Positions 37,062 to 47,247 are shown, numbered from the stretch's first letter. The stretch is DNA of 64,000 nt from an uncultured delta proteobacterium (GCA_963782055.1 CAWAIF010000003.1:6656001-6720000); one strand, 5' to 3'. Notes: generated by a model not told the origin, from the letters alone. A program made the numbers and translations.

Positions 37062-38261
37062 ATGCACCTGGATTTCTGGTTCGACTACTCCTGCCCTTAC
37101 GCGTACCTCGGCTCGACGCAGATCGAGGCGCTCGCCGCCCGCGCCGGCGCGTCGCTCACGCTGCGGCCGATGCTGCTCGGCGGGGTCTTCAAGGCGAATG
37201 ACACGCCGCAGAACCTGATGAACGTCCTGTCCCCCGCCAAGGCGCGGCACAACGGGATGGACATGATGCGCTGGGCGGAGCTGTTCGGCGTGCCGCTGGC
37301 GATCCCCTCCGGTCACCCGCTGCGCACGGTGGAGGCGCTGCGCGCCACGCTGGTGACGGGGGTGGACCCGGAGGTGGTGCACGGTTTCTTCGGCGCCTAC
37401 TGGCGAGAGGGGCGCGCGCCGTCGGATCCGCAGACCATCCGCGACGTCGTCTCCGCGGCCGGCCACGACGCCGACGCGGTGCTCGCGCGCATCGCCGAGC
37501 CGGCGATCAAGGAGGAGCTGCGGCGCCGCACCGACGAGGCCGTCGCCCTCGGCATCTTCGGCGCGCCGGCCCTGGTCATCGACGGCCAGAGGCTCTACTG
37601 GGGGCAGGACCGGCTGCACTTCGCGCTCGGCATCCCGCTCGAGCCCGCACGACCGACGGAGACCCGCCGCATGGCCAAGCACACCCTCGAGATCTACTGG
37701 GACTTCTCCTCGCCCTTCTCGTACCTGGGCGCCACGCAGGCGGAGGCGCTCGCCGCGCGGACGGGCGCGGAGCTGGTCTGGAGGCCGATGCTCCTGGGCG
37801 GCGTCTTCAAGGCCATCGGCCAGGCGGACGCGCCCATCATGAGCTTCAGCGACGCCAAGCGCCGCCACTACCTGCAGGACCTGACGCGGTGGGCGGAGCA
37901 CTGGGGCGTGCCCTTCTCCTTCCCGACGCGCTTCCCCATGAACACCGTCAAGGCGCTGCGCGCGTACCTGGTGCTGCCGGAGGCGCGGCGCAAGGCCTAC
38001 CGTGAGGCGACGTACCGCGCGTACTGGGCCGAGGACCGCGACATCTCCAGCGACGAGGTGCTGCGCGAGCTCATCGGCGCAGGCGCCGACGAGGTGCTGG
38101 CGAAGACGCAGGACCCGGCGATCAAGCAGGAGCTCATGGGCTGTACGCAGCGCGCGGTGGACGCCGGGGTGTTCGGCGCGCCCACCTGGGTGATCGACGG
38201 CGAGGATCTCTACTGGGGTCAGGACCGCATGCCGCTGGTGGAGCTGGCGCTGAAGAAGTAG
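37062..38261 (+). CDS. Tandem two-domain 2-hydroxychromene-2-carboxylate isomerase / kappa-GST (DsbA superfamily)
   Basis: FDYSCPYAYL..GIFGAP..WGQDR followed by WDFSSPFSYL..GVFGAP..WGQDR with no stop between. Confidence 0.88.
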   Translation: MHLDFWFDYSCPYAYLGSTQIEALAARAGASLTLRPMLLGGVFKANDTPQNLMNVLSPAKARHNGMDMMRWAELFGVPLAIPSGHPLRTVEALRATLVTGVDPEVVHGFFGAYWREGRAPSDPQTIRDVVSAAGHDADAVLARIAEPAIKEELRRRTDEAVALGIFGAPALVIDGQRLYWGQDRLHFALGIPLEPARPTETRRMAKHTLEIYWDFSSPFSYLGATQAEALAARTGAELVWRPMLLGGVFKAIGQADAPIMSFSDAKRRHYLQDLTRWAEHWGVPFSFPTRFPMNTVKALRAYLVLPEARRKAYREATYRAYWAEDRDISSDEVLRELIGAGADEVLAKTQDPAIKQELMGCTQRAVDAGVFGAPTWVIDGEDLYWGQDRMPLVELALKK

Positions 38262-38271
38262 GCCGGGGCGG

Positions 38272-39930
38272 TCACTTCGTCGAGTAGGCGAGCGTCCAGC
38301 TCTTGAAGACGGGGGCGTTCGCCGTGTCCGTCGTGGTGAGGGTGGCACGCAGTTCGATGCCGGCAGCCGCGGCGACGGCCGGGATGGTGGAGAGGTCGGT
38401 GCCGGTGGCGACGCCGGTCGCAAGGGGCGCGCCCTTGTCGTCCAGCACGTCCACCGCGACGGCGGTGCCGTTGCCGCTGGTGTCGTCGACGTAGTCGAGC
38501 TTCCCCCACCCGCAGAGCGTGCCCGAGCTCGGCGTGATGACGGGGGTGACGGTGGTGCCCGGACTCACGAAGGCGAGGGTGCCGGTGAAGCCGGGCGTCG
38601 GGTTCATCGTGCCCTGGGTGACGGTGTTGCCATCGACGCGGATGCGGCCCACCGAGCCCACGCCGCCGGGAGTGCCGGAGGCGCTGGTCCCGCCGGTGCC
38701 GCCCGTCGACGTGACGCTGCCCTGGTTGTCGATGGTCGGCGCCATCAGCCAGACGGCGCCGCCGGAGCCGCCGCCGGCTCCTCCGCAGTTGCCGCCCCCG
38801 TCGCTCCCGCCGTTGCCGCCCTTGACGGTGACGACGCCGGTGGACGCGATGTCGATGGACGTGCTGGAGGACAGGACGATGACGCCGCCTCCCGCGCCGC
38901 CACCGCCGGAGCCGCAGCTGTTGCCGCCTGAGCCGCCGCCGCCGCCCGAACCGCCGAGGAGCTGCGAGAGATCCGCCGAGCCGTAGCTCGCACCGCCGGT
39001 GATGCCGTTGCCGTAGGAGCTGGTGGGGGAGTTGCCGCCCGCGTTGGCGTAGCCGGCGCCGCTGCCACCCTGCCAGTTGGTGCCCTTGAGCCCCTTGCCG
39101 GAGCCGAAGCCGTCGTTACCGGGCGAGGCGGAGCCGACGTAGACGCCGTCGCCGCCGTTGCTGCCGCCGCCCACCGCGACCCCGCCCTTGCCGTAGGTGC
39201 TGAAGGTGACCCCGTTGCCGCCGTTCGGCCCGGCGGCGGAGAGCGTGCCGGCGATGCTGACGGCGCCCTGCACCTTGACGGTGAGCGCGGTGGTGCCGGT
39301 GACGGTGACCGTCACGCCGCTGGCGATGGTGAAGGTGGTGAAGTTGTGCGTCCCACCGGGGAGCGTGGTGTTGCTGCTGGCGGTGAAGGGTCCGTCGCTC
39401 CCGTCGCCTCCGTCGGCGGAGCCACCCAGGGTGACGCCGTTCGTCCCGACCACCACCGCGGTGTTGGTGTTGCCCTGGAAGTCGCTCGCCTGCGTCTGCG
39501 AGAAGGAGCCGGCGGTGCCCGGCGCGACGGTGACCGTCTGGTCGGAGGACCACGCCGACTCGTCGCTCCCCTTCTTCGCCTTGACGTGCGCGGTCCAGGT
39601 GCCGGGCCCGAGCCCGCCGACGACCTTGTAGCTCGTCTGCCCCGCCGCGACGTTCACCGAGGTGGGGGTGTCGCCCTGCTTGCCGTACTCCAGCACATAC
39701 GACGCCCCGGCCACCTCCGACCACGTGAAGGTGGCGTCGACGAGGCAGGTGCCGCCGGTGACGGGCTGCAGGGTCGGCGCGGCGAGCGCGCCGGTGCCGC
39801 CGTCGCCTGTGGTGCCCCCGTCTCCGCCCGTGGTGCCGCCGCCGTCGGGGTGGGTGGTGATGGTGGTTCCGGTCGCACAGGCGGCGAGCGCGAGGAGCGC
39901 GACGCCGGTCAAGGGGGGGATCAAGCGCAT
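38272..39930 (-). CDS. Lipoprotein with an FN3-like domain and a Gly-rich (GGxGG) region
   Basis: Lipobox LAAC, TFTWSEVAGASY..SAWS, repeated GGSGGGGGSGG / GGGSGGAVWL. Confidence 0.75.
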   Translation of the reverse strand: MRLIPPLTGVALLALAACATGTTITTHPDGGGTTGGDGGTTGDGGTGALAAPTLQPVTGGTCLVDATFTWSEVAGASYVLEYGKQGDTPTSVNVAAGQTSYKVVGGLGPGTWTAHVKAKKGSDESAWSSDQTVTVAPGTAGSFSQTQASDFQGNTNTAVVVGTNGVTLGGSADGGDGSDGPFTASSNTTLPGGTHNFTTFTIASGVTVTVTGTTALTVKVQGAVSIAGTLSAAGPNGGNGVTFSTYGKGGVAVGGGSNGGDGVYVGSASPGNDGFGSGKGLKGTNWQGGSGAGYANAGGNSPTSSYGNGITGGASYGSADLSQLLGGSGGGGGSGGNSCGSGGGGAGGGVIVLSSSTSIDIASTGVVTVKGGNGGSDGGGNCGGAGGGSGGAVWLMAPTIDNQGSVTSTGGTGGTSASGTPGGVGSVGRIRVDGNTVTQGTMNPTPGFTGTLAFVSPGTTVTPVITPSSGTLCGWGKLDYVDDTSGNGTAVAVDVLDDKGAPLATGVATGTDLSTIPAVAAAAGIELRATLTTTDTANAPVFKSWTLAYSTK

Positions 39931-40016
39931 GGGAGGAGCCTTCCTCTTTGGGGTAGATCGCTCACGATAGCGCGACCCGACGCCACCGACGAGCCCGTCC
40001 GCGCGGCCTCGGCGCG

Positions 40017-41234
40017 TCAGCCGGGCGCCGGCGCGCGGTGGCGCGACGCCGGATCGTCCTTCCGGAAGATGACGCAGAAGACGACGAAGCCCGCCCAGAG
40101 CGCGGAGAAGTGATAGATCATCGCCACCCCGCTCACGCGCTTGAAGATGAAGCTGGAGATGGGCGGCCCCACCAGCATGCCGAGCGCGTAGCACGCGTTG
40201 TAGATGGCGTTGCCGCGGCTGTAGTCCGCCGGCTCGCACACGATCCCTTGCAGCGCCAGGCTCACCGGCGAGATGGAGGCGAGCGTGGCGCCGGTGACGA
40301 AGATCGCCGCGCACATCACCGGCCAGGAGTCGAGCGCGACGAATCCGAGCGTCATCACGATGCCGACGAGCGCGAGCGCGGTCATCACGCGCAGGTGGCC
40401 GACGCGATCGCCGAGCCGCCCCGCGATGTTGGAGAAGAGGAGCATGCCGCCGGCGAAGAAGGCCGTCATCAGGATGGTGCTGCGCTCCGGTACGTGCTTC
40501 TCGCCGATGAGGTACAGGGGCAGGAAGAGCACCACCGAGGCCTGGAAGTAGCCGTAGGAGAAGGTGGCCAGGCACGAGGTCTTGATGCGCCAGAGGATCG
40601 TGGCGGAGGAGTGATGGCTGCCACCGGCGGCGTGCTCGTGGTGCGGCGCATCGGCGGCGCCGCCGCCACGATCCGGATCCAGGCGCGCCGCGGTGAAGGC
40701 GATGGCCACCACCGTGATGGCGCTGGCGACGAGGAACACCGCCATGTACGAGGTGCCGGTGATCTGCGTGATGCCCCGCGCGAGGAGCGAGCCCACCACG
40801 TACCCGATGGCGATGGCCATGGCGTAGAGGCTCGTGACGTAGGCCTTGTTGTCGTCGTCGGAGCGGGCGAGCAGGATGGTCTCGCAGCAGACCCACGCGC
40901 CGACCGACGACGCGCCGTCCAGGGTGCGCACCGCGCACGCGCCGGGATACGTCGTCTGGAAGGGGAAGAGCCCCACCGCCACCACGTACGCGCAGAGGCA
41001 CACCAGCAGCGTGCGCTTGGCGGAGAAGCGCCGGATGAACACGCCCGCCGGGATGGACATGGCGACGATGCCACCCGCGAACCACGACGCCAGCGTGCCG
41101 ATCTCCGTCTTGGAGAAGCCCACGGCGTCCAGCTGCAGCGGCGTGACGGCGAGCGACGACCCGTACGCCACGCCCAGCAGGAAGATGGTCGTGTAGACGA
41201 CGAGGATGTTGCGGTCGCGGATGCGCGCGAGCAC
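40017..41234 (-). CDS. MFS transporter
   Basis: About 12 hydrophobic segments, motif A GRLGDRVG. Confidence 0.9.
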   Translation of the reverse strand: MLARIRDRNILVVYTTIFLLGVAYGSSLAVTPLQLDAVGFSKTEIGTLASWFAGGIVAMSIPAGVFIRRFSAKRTLLVCLCAYVVAVGLFPFQTTYPGACAVRTLDGASSVGAWVCCETILLARSDDDNKAYVTSLYAMAIAIGYVVGSLLARGITQITGTSYMAVFLVASAITVVAIAFTAARLDPDRGGGAADAPHHEHAAGGSHHSSATILWRIKTSCLATFSYGYFQASVVLFLPLYLIGEKHVPERSTILMTAFFAGGMLLFSNIAGRLGDRVGHLRVMTALALVGIVMTLGFVALDSWPVMCAAIFVTGATLASISPVSLALQGIVCEPADYSRGNAIYNACYALGMLVGPPISSFIFKRVSGVAMIYHFSALWAGFVVFCVIFRKDDPASRHRAPAPG

Positions 41235-41249
41235 GGGCCGGCCGAAACG

Positions 41250-42002
41250 CTAGCGCTTCGTCGCCGCGATGACGACATGCGGATACGGCAGCACGTCGGG
41301 CACGCGGACGATGCGGACCTTGAAGCCCACGTCGGTGAGCAGCTCGGCCCACGCGCGGTGGTGGCGGTAGGCGAGCGGCTCGCGCATGCCCACCATGAGG
41401 CGATCGAGCGCCTCGGTGAAGAGCAGGCCGTAGTGCGGCTCGGTGGTGATGTCCTTGATGAGGAGCATCCCGCCGGGGACGAGCACGTCGTAGAGGCGCT
41501 CGAGCACCGCCCGCTGGGAGGCCGCCGGGATGTGGTGCATGACGTCCAGCACGTAGACCGCGTCGAAGGGGCCACCCAGCTCGGCGTCGCGCACGTCCCC
41601 CACCACGAAGCGGTGATGGGGCAGGTCCAGCTTCGAGGCCACACGCCGGGCGAGGCGGATGCGGCGCGCATTGGGATCCACGCCGGTGATGCGGCGGCCG
41701 CGGTGCGTCTGGCCGAAGTAGGCGGCGAAGAGGCCGAAGCCGCACCCGACGTCCAGGACGTTGCCCTCGTCGGTGAGCAGCAGGTCCATCACGCTCAGCA
41801 GCTTGGAGCGCAGGATGGAGAAGCGGGCGAAGGCGTAGGCGCGCTCGAAGGGGGGCAGCGCCTGCCCGATGTTGCGCATCGCCTCGCGGCCGAAGACCTC
41901 GTGCGCCTCGTAGGACGGGGCGGCGGCGATGCTCGCGCGGAGCCGGCGGCTCCGGGGGGGGGAGTCGGGCGGTCGAGAGGAGGGGACGGCCACGGGCGGC
42001 AC
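41250..42002 (-). CDS. Class I SAM-dependent methyltransferase (start uncertain)
   Basis: VLDVGCGFG, GVD, FDAVYVLDVMHH, LVPGGMLLI. Confidence 0.9.
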   Translation of the reverse strand: MPPVAVPSSRPPDSPPRSRRLRASIAAAPSYEAHEVFGREAMRNIGQALPPFERAYAFARFSILRSKLLSVMDLLLTDEGNVLDVGCGFGLFAAYFGQTHRGRRITGVDPNARRIRLARRVASKLDLPHHRFVVGDVRDAELGGPFDAVYVLDVMHHIPAASQRAVLERLYDVLVPGGMLLIKDITTEPHYGLLFTEALDRLMVGMREPLAYRHHRAWAELLTDVGFKVRIVRVPDVLPYPHVVIAATKR

Positions 42003-42305
42003 CCTAGGCTCGCCCGCTTTGGGAGGTCAACCAGCCCACCGAGGGCGTCATGGCTGAGCTGGCCGGTCGAGGCAATCGGCCCCGTCCACCTGCGCCTGGT
42101 GCCAACTGGTCCGATCGCCAGCGTGCTTGCGGTCCGACCAACCGCAGCTCAGCACGGGGCCTGGTCCGCGAGATCGGCCGTTGTTCCGGCACCTTGGCGA
42201 CAATCCGGCCATCCGGTCGAAAAAAGTGCCCCCACCCCCCCAATTGTCCCCGACTGCGTGCCGTAAAGGCACACGGGCGACGCCCCCCAGTTTTAGCATT
42301 GGCTG

Positions 42306-43994
42306 ATGGACTCCACCTCCCCCACCAAGATCGACACCGTACCCCCCCCGGCGGGGGCCGACTTCTCGCTGCTGATTCTGAAGCCACTGTTTCACGCGCT
42401 GGCTCAAGACGTTGGCGAGATGGTGCTGAGCGAGATCGGGCACGAGGTGGGTCTCACCGCGGGGGATCTGCTGCAAGGCCAGCGTTGGGTCACGCATGGC
42501 GATCTCGAAGCCCTGATGCGGCTCGCCCGCGCCCGGTACGGGAGCGACGCGGAGTTCATGAACGCATGCGCTCGCGACATGACGAAGTACTGGGGGATCG
42601 CCGCGCTGGTGTTCCGCGCCGGGACCATCCTCATGAGCTACAAGGTCCTGGCGAAAACGACCCATGTGGTCAGTCACGTCAGCGACTACGAGATGTCGGA
42701 GGGGACCGCCCGGTCGGTGACGCTGACCTACCGGAGCAAGAAGCCGGAGTCTCGCCTGATGTGCCTCTCCCGGCAGGCGCAGCTGCCGTGCGTACCACTG
42801 ATGTTCTGGAAGCTGGCGCCCGCCCGGCTGACCGAGACCCGGTGCATCGCGCACGGCGACGACGCCTGCGTCTACAACCTGCGGTGGAGCGAGCCGCTCG
42901 CCTGGCGCATCCCCGCCCTCGGCGCGCTCATCGGCGGCCTCGGCGCCGGCGTGGCCTACGCGGGCGGGTGGGAGCCGCACACCGCCGCCTTCTTGCCCCT
43001 CGTCGGGGCGCTGATGGGGGCCGCCTTCGCCTTCCGCCGCATGGTGGAGCAGAGCCACGCCTTTCACGCCGAGACCACCGAGCGCGTGGGCGAGCTGGTC
43101 ACGGCTCATCACAGCGCGATCGACGAGGTCATGGCGCTTCACCAGAGGCAGGAGGCGTACAACGCCATGCTGGAAGATCGGATCGAGTCGCGCACCGCGA
43201 CGCTGGAGGCGATGGTCCGCGAGCTTCGCGGCATCCGCGAGAAGAGCGGCACGGCCCTCAAGGGCCTCTCGCACGACATCCGCAACCCGCTGCAGGTGGT
43301 GAAGCTGAACGCGCAGGCGCTCTCCGAGTACCCCGACAAGGAGGTCGCGGAGGTCGCCGAGCAGATCACCGAGAGCCTGGTGCGCGTGGAGGCGCACATC
43401 CAGCGGCTCGCCATGCTGGCGACCGCCGAGAAGGACGCCTTCGCGCTCAAGGCGGAGCGGGTGGACGTGGGCCCGGTGGCCGACCGCCTCCGCAAGCACC
43501 TGCAGGCGCTCGTCATCGCCCGGGACATCCGCGTGAGCGTCTTCCGCACGCGCGAGGCGCCAGACGCCATCGAGACCGACCTCATGCTCTTCGACCGCGT
43601 GCTCGACAACATCCTGAGCAACGCCGTCAAGTACACCGAGCGCGGCAGCATCGTGGTGGAGGTGGGTGGCGCGCCGGAGAAGCTCTCCATCAAGGTCTCC
43701 GACACCGGCCGCGGCATCGCGCCGGAGCGCCTGGAGAAGGTGTTCGTCGGCGGCCAGCGCGACGAGCGCCCGCTCCTGGGCGAGAGCCACGGCATCGGCC
43801 TCGCCAACACCGTGCGCCTGCTCGATCAGCTCGGCGCCCGGCTCGAGGTCATGTCCAAGCCCGGGGTGGGCACCACGGTGTGGGCCCACTTCCCGATGAT
43901 GCCGCCCCCGGCGACCCCGCACCCCAGCCTGCGGCCCGGCCCGCGGGAGATGCTGGCGCGCGTGGTCACCATCCGTAACGCAGCCAACGAATAG
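42306..43994 (+). CDS. Histidine kinase with an N-terminal V4R/H-NOX-like ligand-binding domain and a TM hairpin
   Basis: ETRCIAHGDDACVYNLRW V4R-type motif; SHDIRNPL, NILSNAVKYT, DTGRG, GIGL. Confidence 0.85.
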   Translation: MDSTSPTKIDTVPPPAGADFSLLILKPLFHALAQDVGEMVLSEIGHEVGLTAGDLLQGQRWVTHGDLEALMRLARARYGSDAEFMNACARDMTKYWGIAALVFRAGTILMSYKVLAKTTHVVSHVSDYEMSEGTARSVTLTYRSKKPESRLMCLSRQAQLPCVPLMFWKLAPARLTETRCIAHGDDACVYNLRWSEPLAWRIPALGALIGGLGAGVAYAGGWEPHTAAFLPLVGALMGAAFAFRRMVEQSHAFHAETTERVGELVTAHHSAIDEVMALHQRQEAYNAMLEDRIESRTATLEAMVRELRGIREKSGTALKGLSHDIRNPLQVVKLNAQALSEYPDKEVAEVAEQITESLVRVEAHIQRLAMLATAEKDAFALKAERVDVGPVADRLRKHLQALVIARDIRVSVFRTREAPDAIETDLMLFDRVLDNILSNAVKYTERGSIVVEVGGAPEKLSIKVSDTGRGIAPERLEKVFVGGQRDERPLLGESHGIGLANTVRLLDQLGARLEVMSKPGVGTTVWAHFPMMPPPATPHPSLRPGPREMLARVVTIRNAANE

Positions 43995-44013
43995 AAATAG
44001 CGAGAAGTAAGCC

Positions 44014-45747
44014 ATGCCCGACGCATCCGGATTCACCCGTGCACTCGACGTTTTTCTCCAGTACCTGATCGCGGAGGGGGCCACGGTCGTCTTCGGGGTC
44101 CCCGGCGGGCTCCTTCACCCCTTCTTCGAGGCCGTGGAGCAGCACCCGAAGCTGCGCCTGGTGGTCACCAAGCACGAGGAGGGCGCGGCGTTCATGGCCG
44201 ACGGCTTCGCCCGGACGACGGGCCACCTCGGCGTGTGCGCGAGCACCGCCGGCCCCGGCGCGACCAACCTGATGACCGGCGTCTCCGTCGCCTACGCCGA
44301 CGGCGTCCCCATGCTCGTCCTCACCGGGCAGGTGCAGTCGTCGGCGATCGGCAAGGGCGCCGCGCAGGAGACGGGCGCGGGCGACATGGACATCGTGGCG
44401 ATGTTCCGTCCGGTCACCAAGTACTCGGCGTTCGTCGAGTCGCCCGACCGCCTCGCCCACCACCTGCGCCGCGCGCTGCGCATGGCGATGAGCGGCCGGC
44501 CGGGGCCGGTGCACCTGAACATCCCGGTCGACTTCTGGGGCAAGGCGGTGGAGGAGCACTGGTTCGACCCGGAGACGTACCGCCCGACGTCGCACCTGTT
44601 CGACCGCAACGCGGTGAGCCGCGCGGCCGAGGCGCTGCTCAAGGCGCGCAAGCCCACGCTCCTGGTGGGGTCCGGCTGCGTGGCCGCCGGCGCCGAGGAG
44701 CACGTGCAGACCCTCGCCGAGCTGCTGCAGGCGCGCGTGTGCACCTCGCCCCGCGCCAAGGGCGCGCTGGCCGAGGATCACCCGCTCTCCATGGGCGTGC
44801 TCGGCTTCGCCGGGCACCGCGAGGCGAAGTCCACCCTGCTCTCCAGCGACGTGGACACCCTCTTCACCGTCGGCGCCTCGCTGAACGAGACGACCACCTT
44901 CAACTGGAACCCCGAGCTGCGCCACGGCAAGACGCTCATCCAGCTGGACATCGACTCCGACCGCGTCGGCCGCAGCTACCCCGTCGACATCCCCCTCGTC
45001 GGCGACGCGCAGACGATCCTCGTCGAGCTCGTCTACCACATCCACCGGCGCATCCGGGACGGCGCGGTCCCGGCGTCGGAGTGGCCGAAGGCGAAGCCGC
45101 CCGTGCGCGGGCACGCGCGCTACGACCAGCCGGACCTGCGCAAGTCGGACGCCGTGCCGCTCACGCCGCAGCGCTGGCGCGTGGACCTGCAGCAGGCGCT
45201 GCCCGACGACGCCATCCTCTTCTCCGACATCGGCGGGCACATGCTCTTCAACATCCACAATCTCTGCATCCGCGAGGGCCAGCGCTTCGTGCTCAACCTG
45301 GGCTTCGGCTCGATGGGCCACGGCACCTGCGCGCCCATCGGTGCGGCGCTCGCGCACCCCGGGCGCCCTGTCGTCTCCATCATCGGCGATGCCTGCTTCA
45401 CCATGAACGGGATGGAGCTGCTCACCGCCGCCGAGTACCGCGTGCCCGTCGTGTGGATCGTGGAGAACAACCAGATGCACGGCATCACCTGGCACGGCAG
45501 CCAGAAGGTGGGCAACGGCAAGCCAATGAACGCGGTGAAGTACCAGCGCCCGCTGGAGGTCGCGTCGATCGCGCGGGCCATGGGCCTGCCGGCGTGGGTC
45601 GTCGACAGCCCGGACCAGATCCAGGACGCGCTGAAGGAGGCCCTCCGCATGCACGCGCCGGCGCTCATCGAGGTGCGCGTCGACGGCCGCATCTGCCCTC
45701 CGCTCGGCGACCGCGCGCGCAGCGTCGCGGGGTTCAAGGGTACATGA
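44014..45747 (+). CDS. Thiamine-diphosphate-dependent enzyme (acetolactate synthase-like family)
   Basis: FGVPGG, HEEGAAFMADG, GPGATN, GRPGPVHL, GSMG, GDACFTMNGMEL..ENN. Confidence 0.92.
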   Translation: MPDASGFTRALDVFLQYLIAEGATVVFGVPGGLLHPFFEAVEQHPKLRLVVTKHEEGAAFMADGFARTTGHLGVCASTAGPGATNLMTGVSVAYADGVPMLVLTGQVQSSAIGKGAAQETGAGDMDIVAMFRPVTKYSAFVESPDRLAHHLRRALRMAMSGRPGPVHLNIPVDFWGKAVEEHWFDPETYRPTSHLFDRNAVSRAAEALLKARKPTLLVGSGCVAAGAEEHVQTLAELLQARVCTSPRAKGALAEDHPLSMGVLGFAGHREAKSTLLSSDVDTLFTVGASLNETTTFNWNPELRHGKTLIQLDIDSDRVGRSYPVDIPLVGDAQTILVELVYHIHRRIRDGAVPASEWPKAKPPVRGHARYDQPDLRKSDAVPLTPQRWRVDLQQALPDDAILFSDIGGHMLFNIHNLCIREGQRFVLNLGFGSMGHGTCAPIGAALAHPGRPVVSIIGDACFTMNGMELLTAAEYRVPVVWIVENNQMHGITWHGSQKVGNGKPMNAVKYQRPLEVASIARAMGLPAWVVDSPDQIQDALKEALRMHAPALIEVRVDGRICPPLGDRARSVAGFKGT

Positions 45748-46448
45748 CCGCGGCGGCGAAGGGCGTGGGGCCCATCGAGGACCGCGAGCTGCCGCAGACG
45801 CTCACCGCCCGGGTGGTGCAGCCCGGCGCGCGGCCGAGGCTGCACGGCTACGACGTGCAGGGCGATCTGGCGCGCCACTACCGCTTCGGCGAGGTGGTGC
45901 TGCTGGCACTCACCGGAGAGGCACCGACGGAGGAGGCGGGCCGCGCCTTCGAGGTGGCGATGGTCTTCGCCGGTGCCGCTCCCATCTCCGAACCGCCTGC
46001 CCACGCCGCGTCCCTCGCCCGGCTGTGCGGTGCGCGCCCCGGCAGCGTGACGGCGGTGGCGGCGGTCGCCTTGACCGAGCAAGCGCGGGCGAGCGTGGAG
46101 CAGCACGGCGAGCTCTTGCGCTGGCTCGCGATGCCGGAAGGTCCCTTGCCCGAGTCGGCCCGCGCGAAGACCGAGGACGAGCACCTCGCCTGCGCCCGCA
46201 TGCGGCGAGCGCTGGGGGACCTGTCGCGCCTGGTCCCTGTGCTCCAGGAGGACTTGGCGCCGGAGGGTGTGCTCCTGGCAGTCCTGTTCGCCTGCGGGCT
46301 TCAGGATCCGGATCGTATCCAGGTCGCCCTGACGCTCGCGCGCCTGGCCGCCACGACGGCGGAAGGGCTCGCCACCACGCCCGGGGCGCTCCGCGACTAT
46401 CCAATGAACGTGCCCGCCTTTCGGTACGAGGAGCTCACCGATGCCTGA
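45744..46448 (+). CDS. Degenerate citrate synthase / citryl-CoA lyase-fold protein
   Basis: LHGYDVQGDL..FGEVVLLALTGEAP N-terminal pattern; ATGA-coupled; catalytic motifs not visible. Confidence 0.65.
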   Translation: MTAAAKGVGPIEDRELPQTLTARVVQPGARPRLHGYDVQGDLARHYRFGEVVLLALTGEAPTEEAGRAFEVAMVFAGAAPISEPPAHAASLARLCGARPGSVTAVAAVALTEQARASVEQHGELLRWLAMPEGPLPESARAKTEDEHLACARMRRALGDLSRLVPVLQEDLAPEGVLLAVLFACGLQDPDRIQVALTLARLAATTAEGLATTPGALRDYPMNVPAFRYEELTDA

Positions 46449-47247
46449 TGACATCACTACCCGCGTCGCGCGCGCCGACTGGGGCGAGAACCACTTTCGC
46501 GGATACCGGGTGAACGGCCAGCTCGTCGGAACCGACGGCTGGGCGAGCGTGCTGTCTCTCGCCGCGGGCGGTCCGCGTCTCGGAAAGGAGGACGCGGCGC
46601 TCGTGGAAGATCTGGCGATCTGCTCCCTGGCGGCGGACCCGCGCATCTGGCCGCTGAAGGCGGCGCGGCTCGTGGCAACGTACGGAAGTGCCTTCGCAGG
46701 CATCGCGAGCGGCCACCTGCTGCTCGCGGGTGCGATGATGGGTCCGGAACCGACGGGGGCCGCGGCCAACCTGCTCATCGAGCTCGCGACGAAGCTGGGG
46801 GACCGTGCGGATGATCCAGCCGCCGTGCAGGAGCTGGTCGACGACCTGCTCGCGAACGGGCGCGTTCCCGGCTTCGGGGTGGCGTTTCGCGGCGCCGACG
46901 AGCGGGTCAATGCAATCAAGGGGTGCATCGCGACGCGCGGGCGAGAATCCGGCCCATACTGGCGTCTCCTGAGCGCGCTCGAGGCTGCCGTCCGAGCGCG
47001 CCGAGAGCTCCACGTCAACCTCGGCCTGGCCGCAGCCGCCGTCTTGCTCGACGTCGGTATGCGACCGGACACGATCACCTTCGTGATGTCCGCGTACCTC
47101 GACGTGTGCTTCTACGCCAACGCGGTCGAGGGCGCGGAGCAGAAGTCGGAGGTGCTGCGACGCCTGCCCGACGACGCCGTGCGCTACGAGGGGCCACCGC
47201 CCCGCGTCTCCCCGCGCGCCGCGCTCGCCGGCAAAGGCGGGAGGTGA
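46441..47247 (+). CDS. Citrate synthase / citryl-CoA lyase-fold protein with substituted catalytic residues
   Basis: FRGYRV, DPRIWP, RVPGFGV (for PGFGH), DER, HVNLG (for NVD), YEGP. Confidence 0.72.
   Translation: MPDDITTRVARADWGENHFRGYRVNGQLVGTDGWASVLSLAAGGPRLGKEDAALVEDLAICSLAADPRIWPLKAARLVATYGSAFAGIASGHLLLAGAMMGPEPTGAAANLLIELATKLGDRADDPAAVQELVDDLLANGRVPGFGVAFRGADERVNAIKGCIATRGRESGPYWRLLSALEAAVRARRELHVNLGLAAAAVLLDVGMRPDTITFVMSAYLDVCFYANAVEGAEQKSEVLRRLPDDAVRYEGPPPRVSPRAALAGKGGR

Noticed and set aside
44014..45747. Housekeeping acetolactate synthase ilvB
   Set aside because: No regulatory subunit or ilvC adjacent and the context suggests a specialised role, so no gene symbol was assigned
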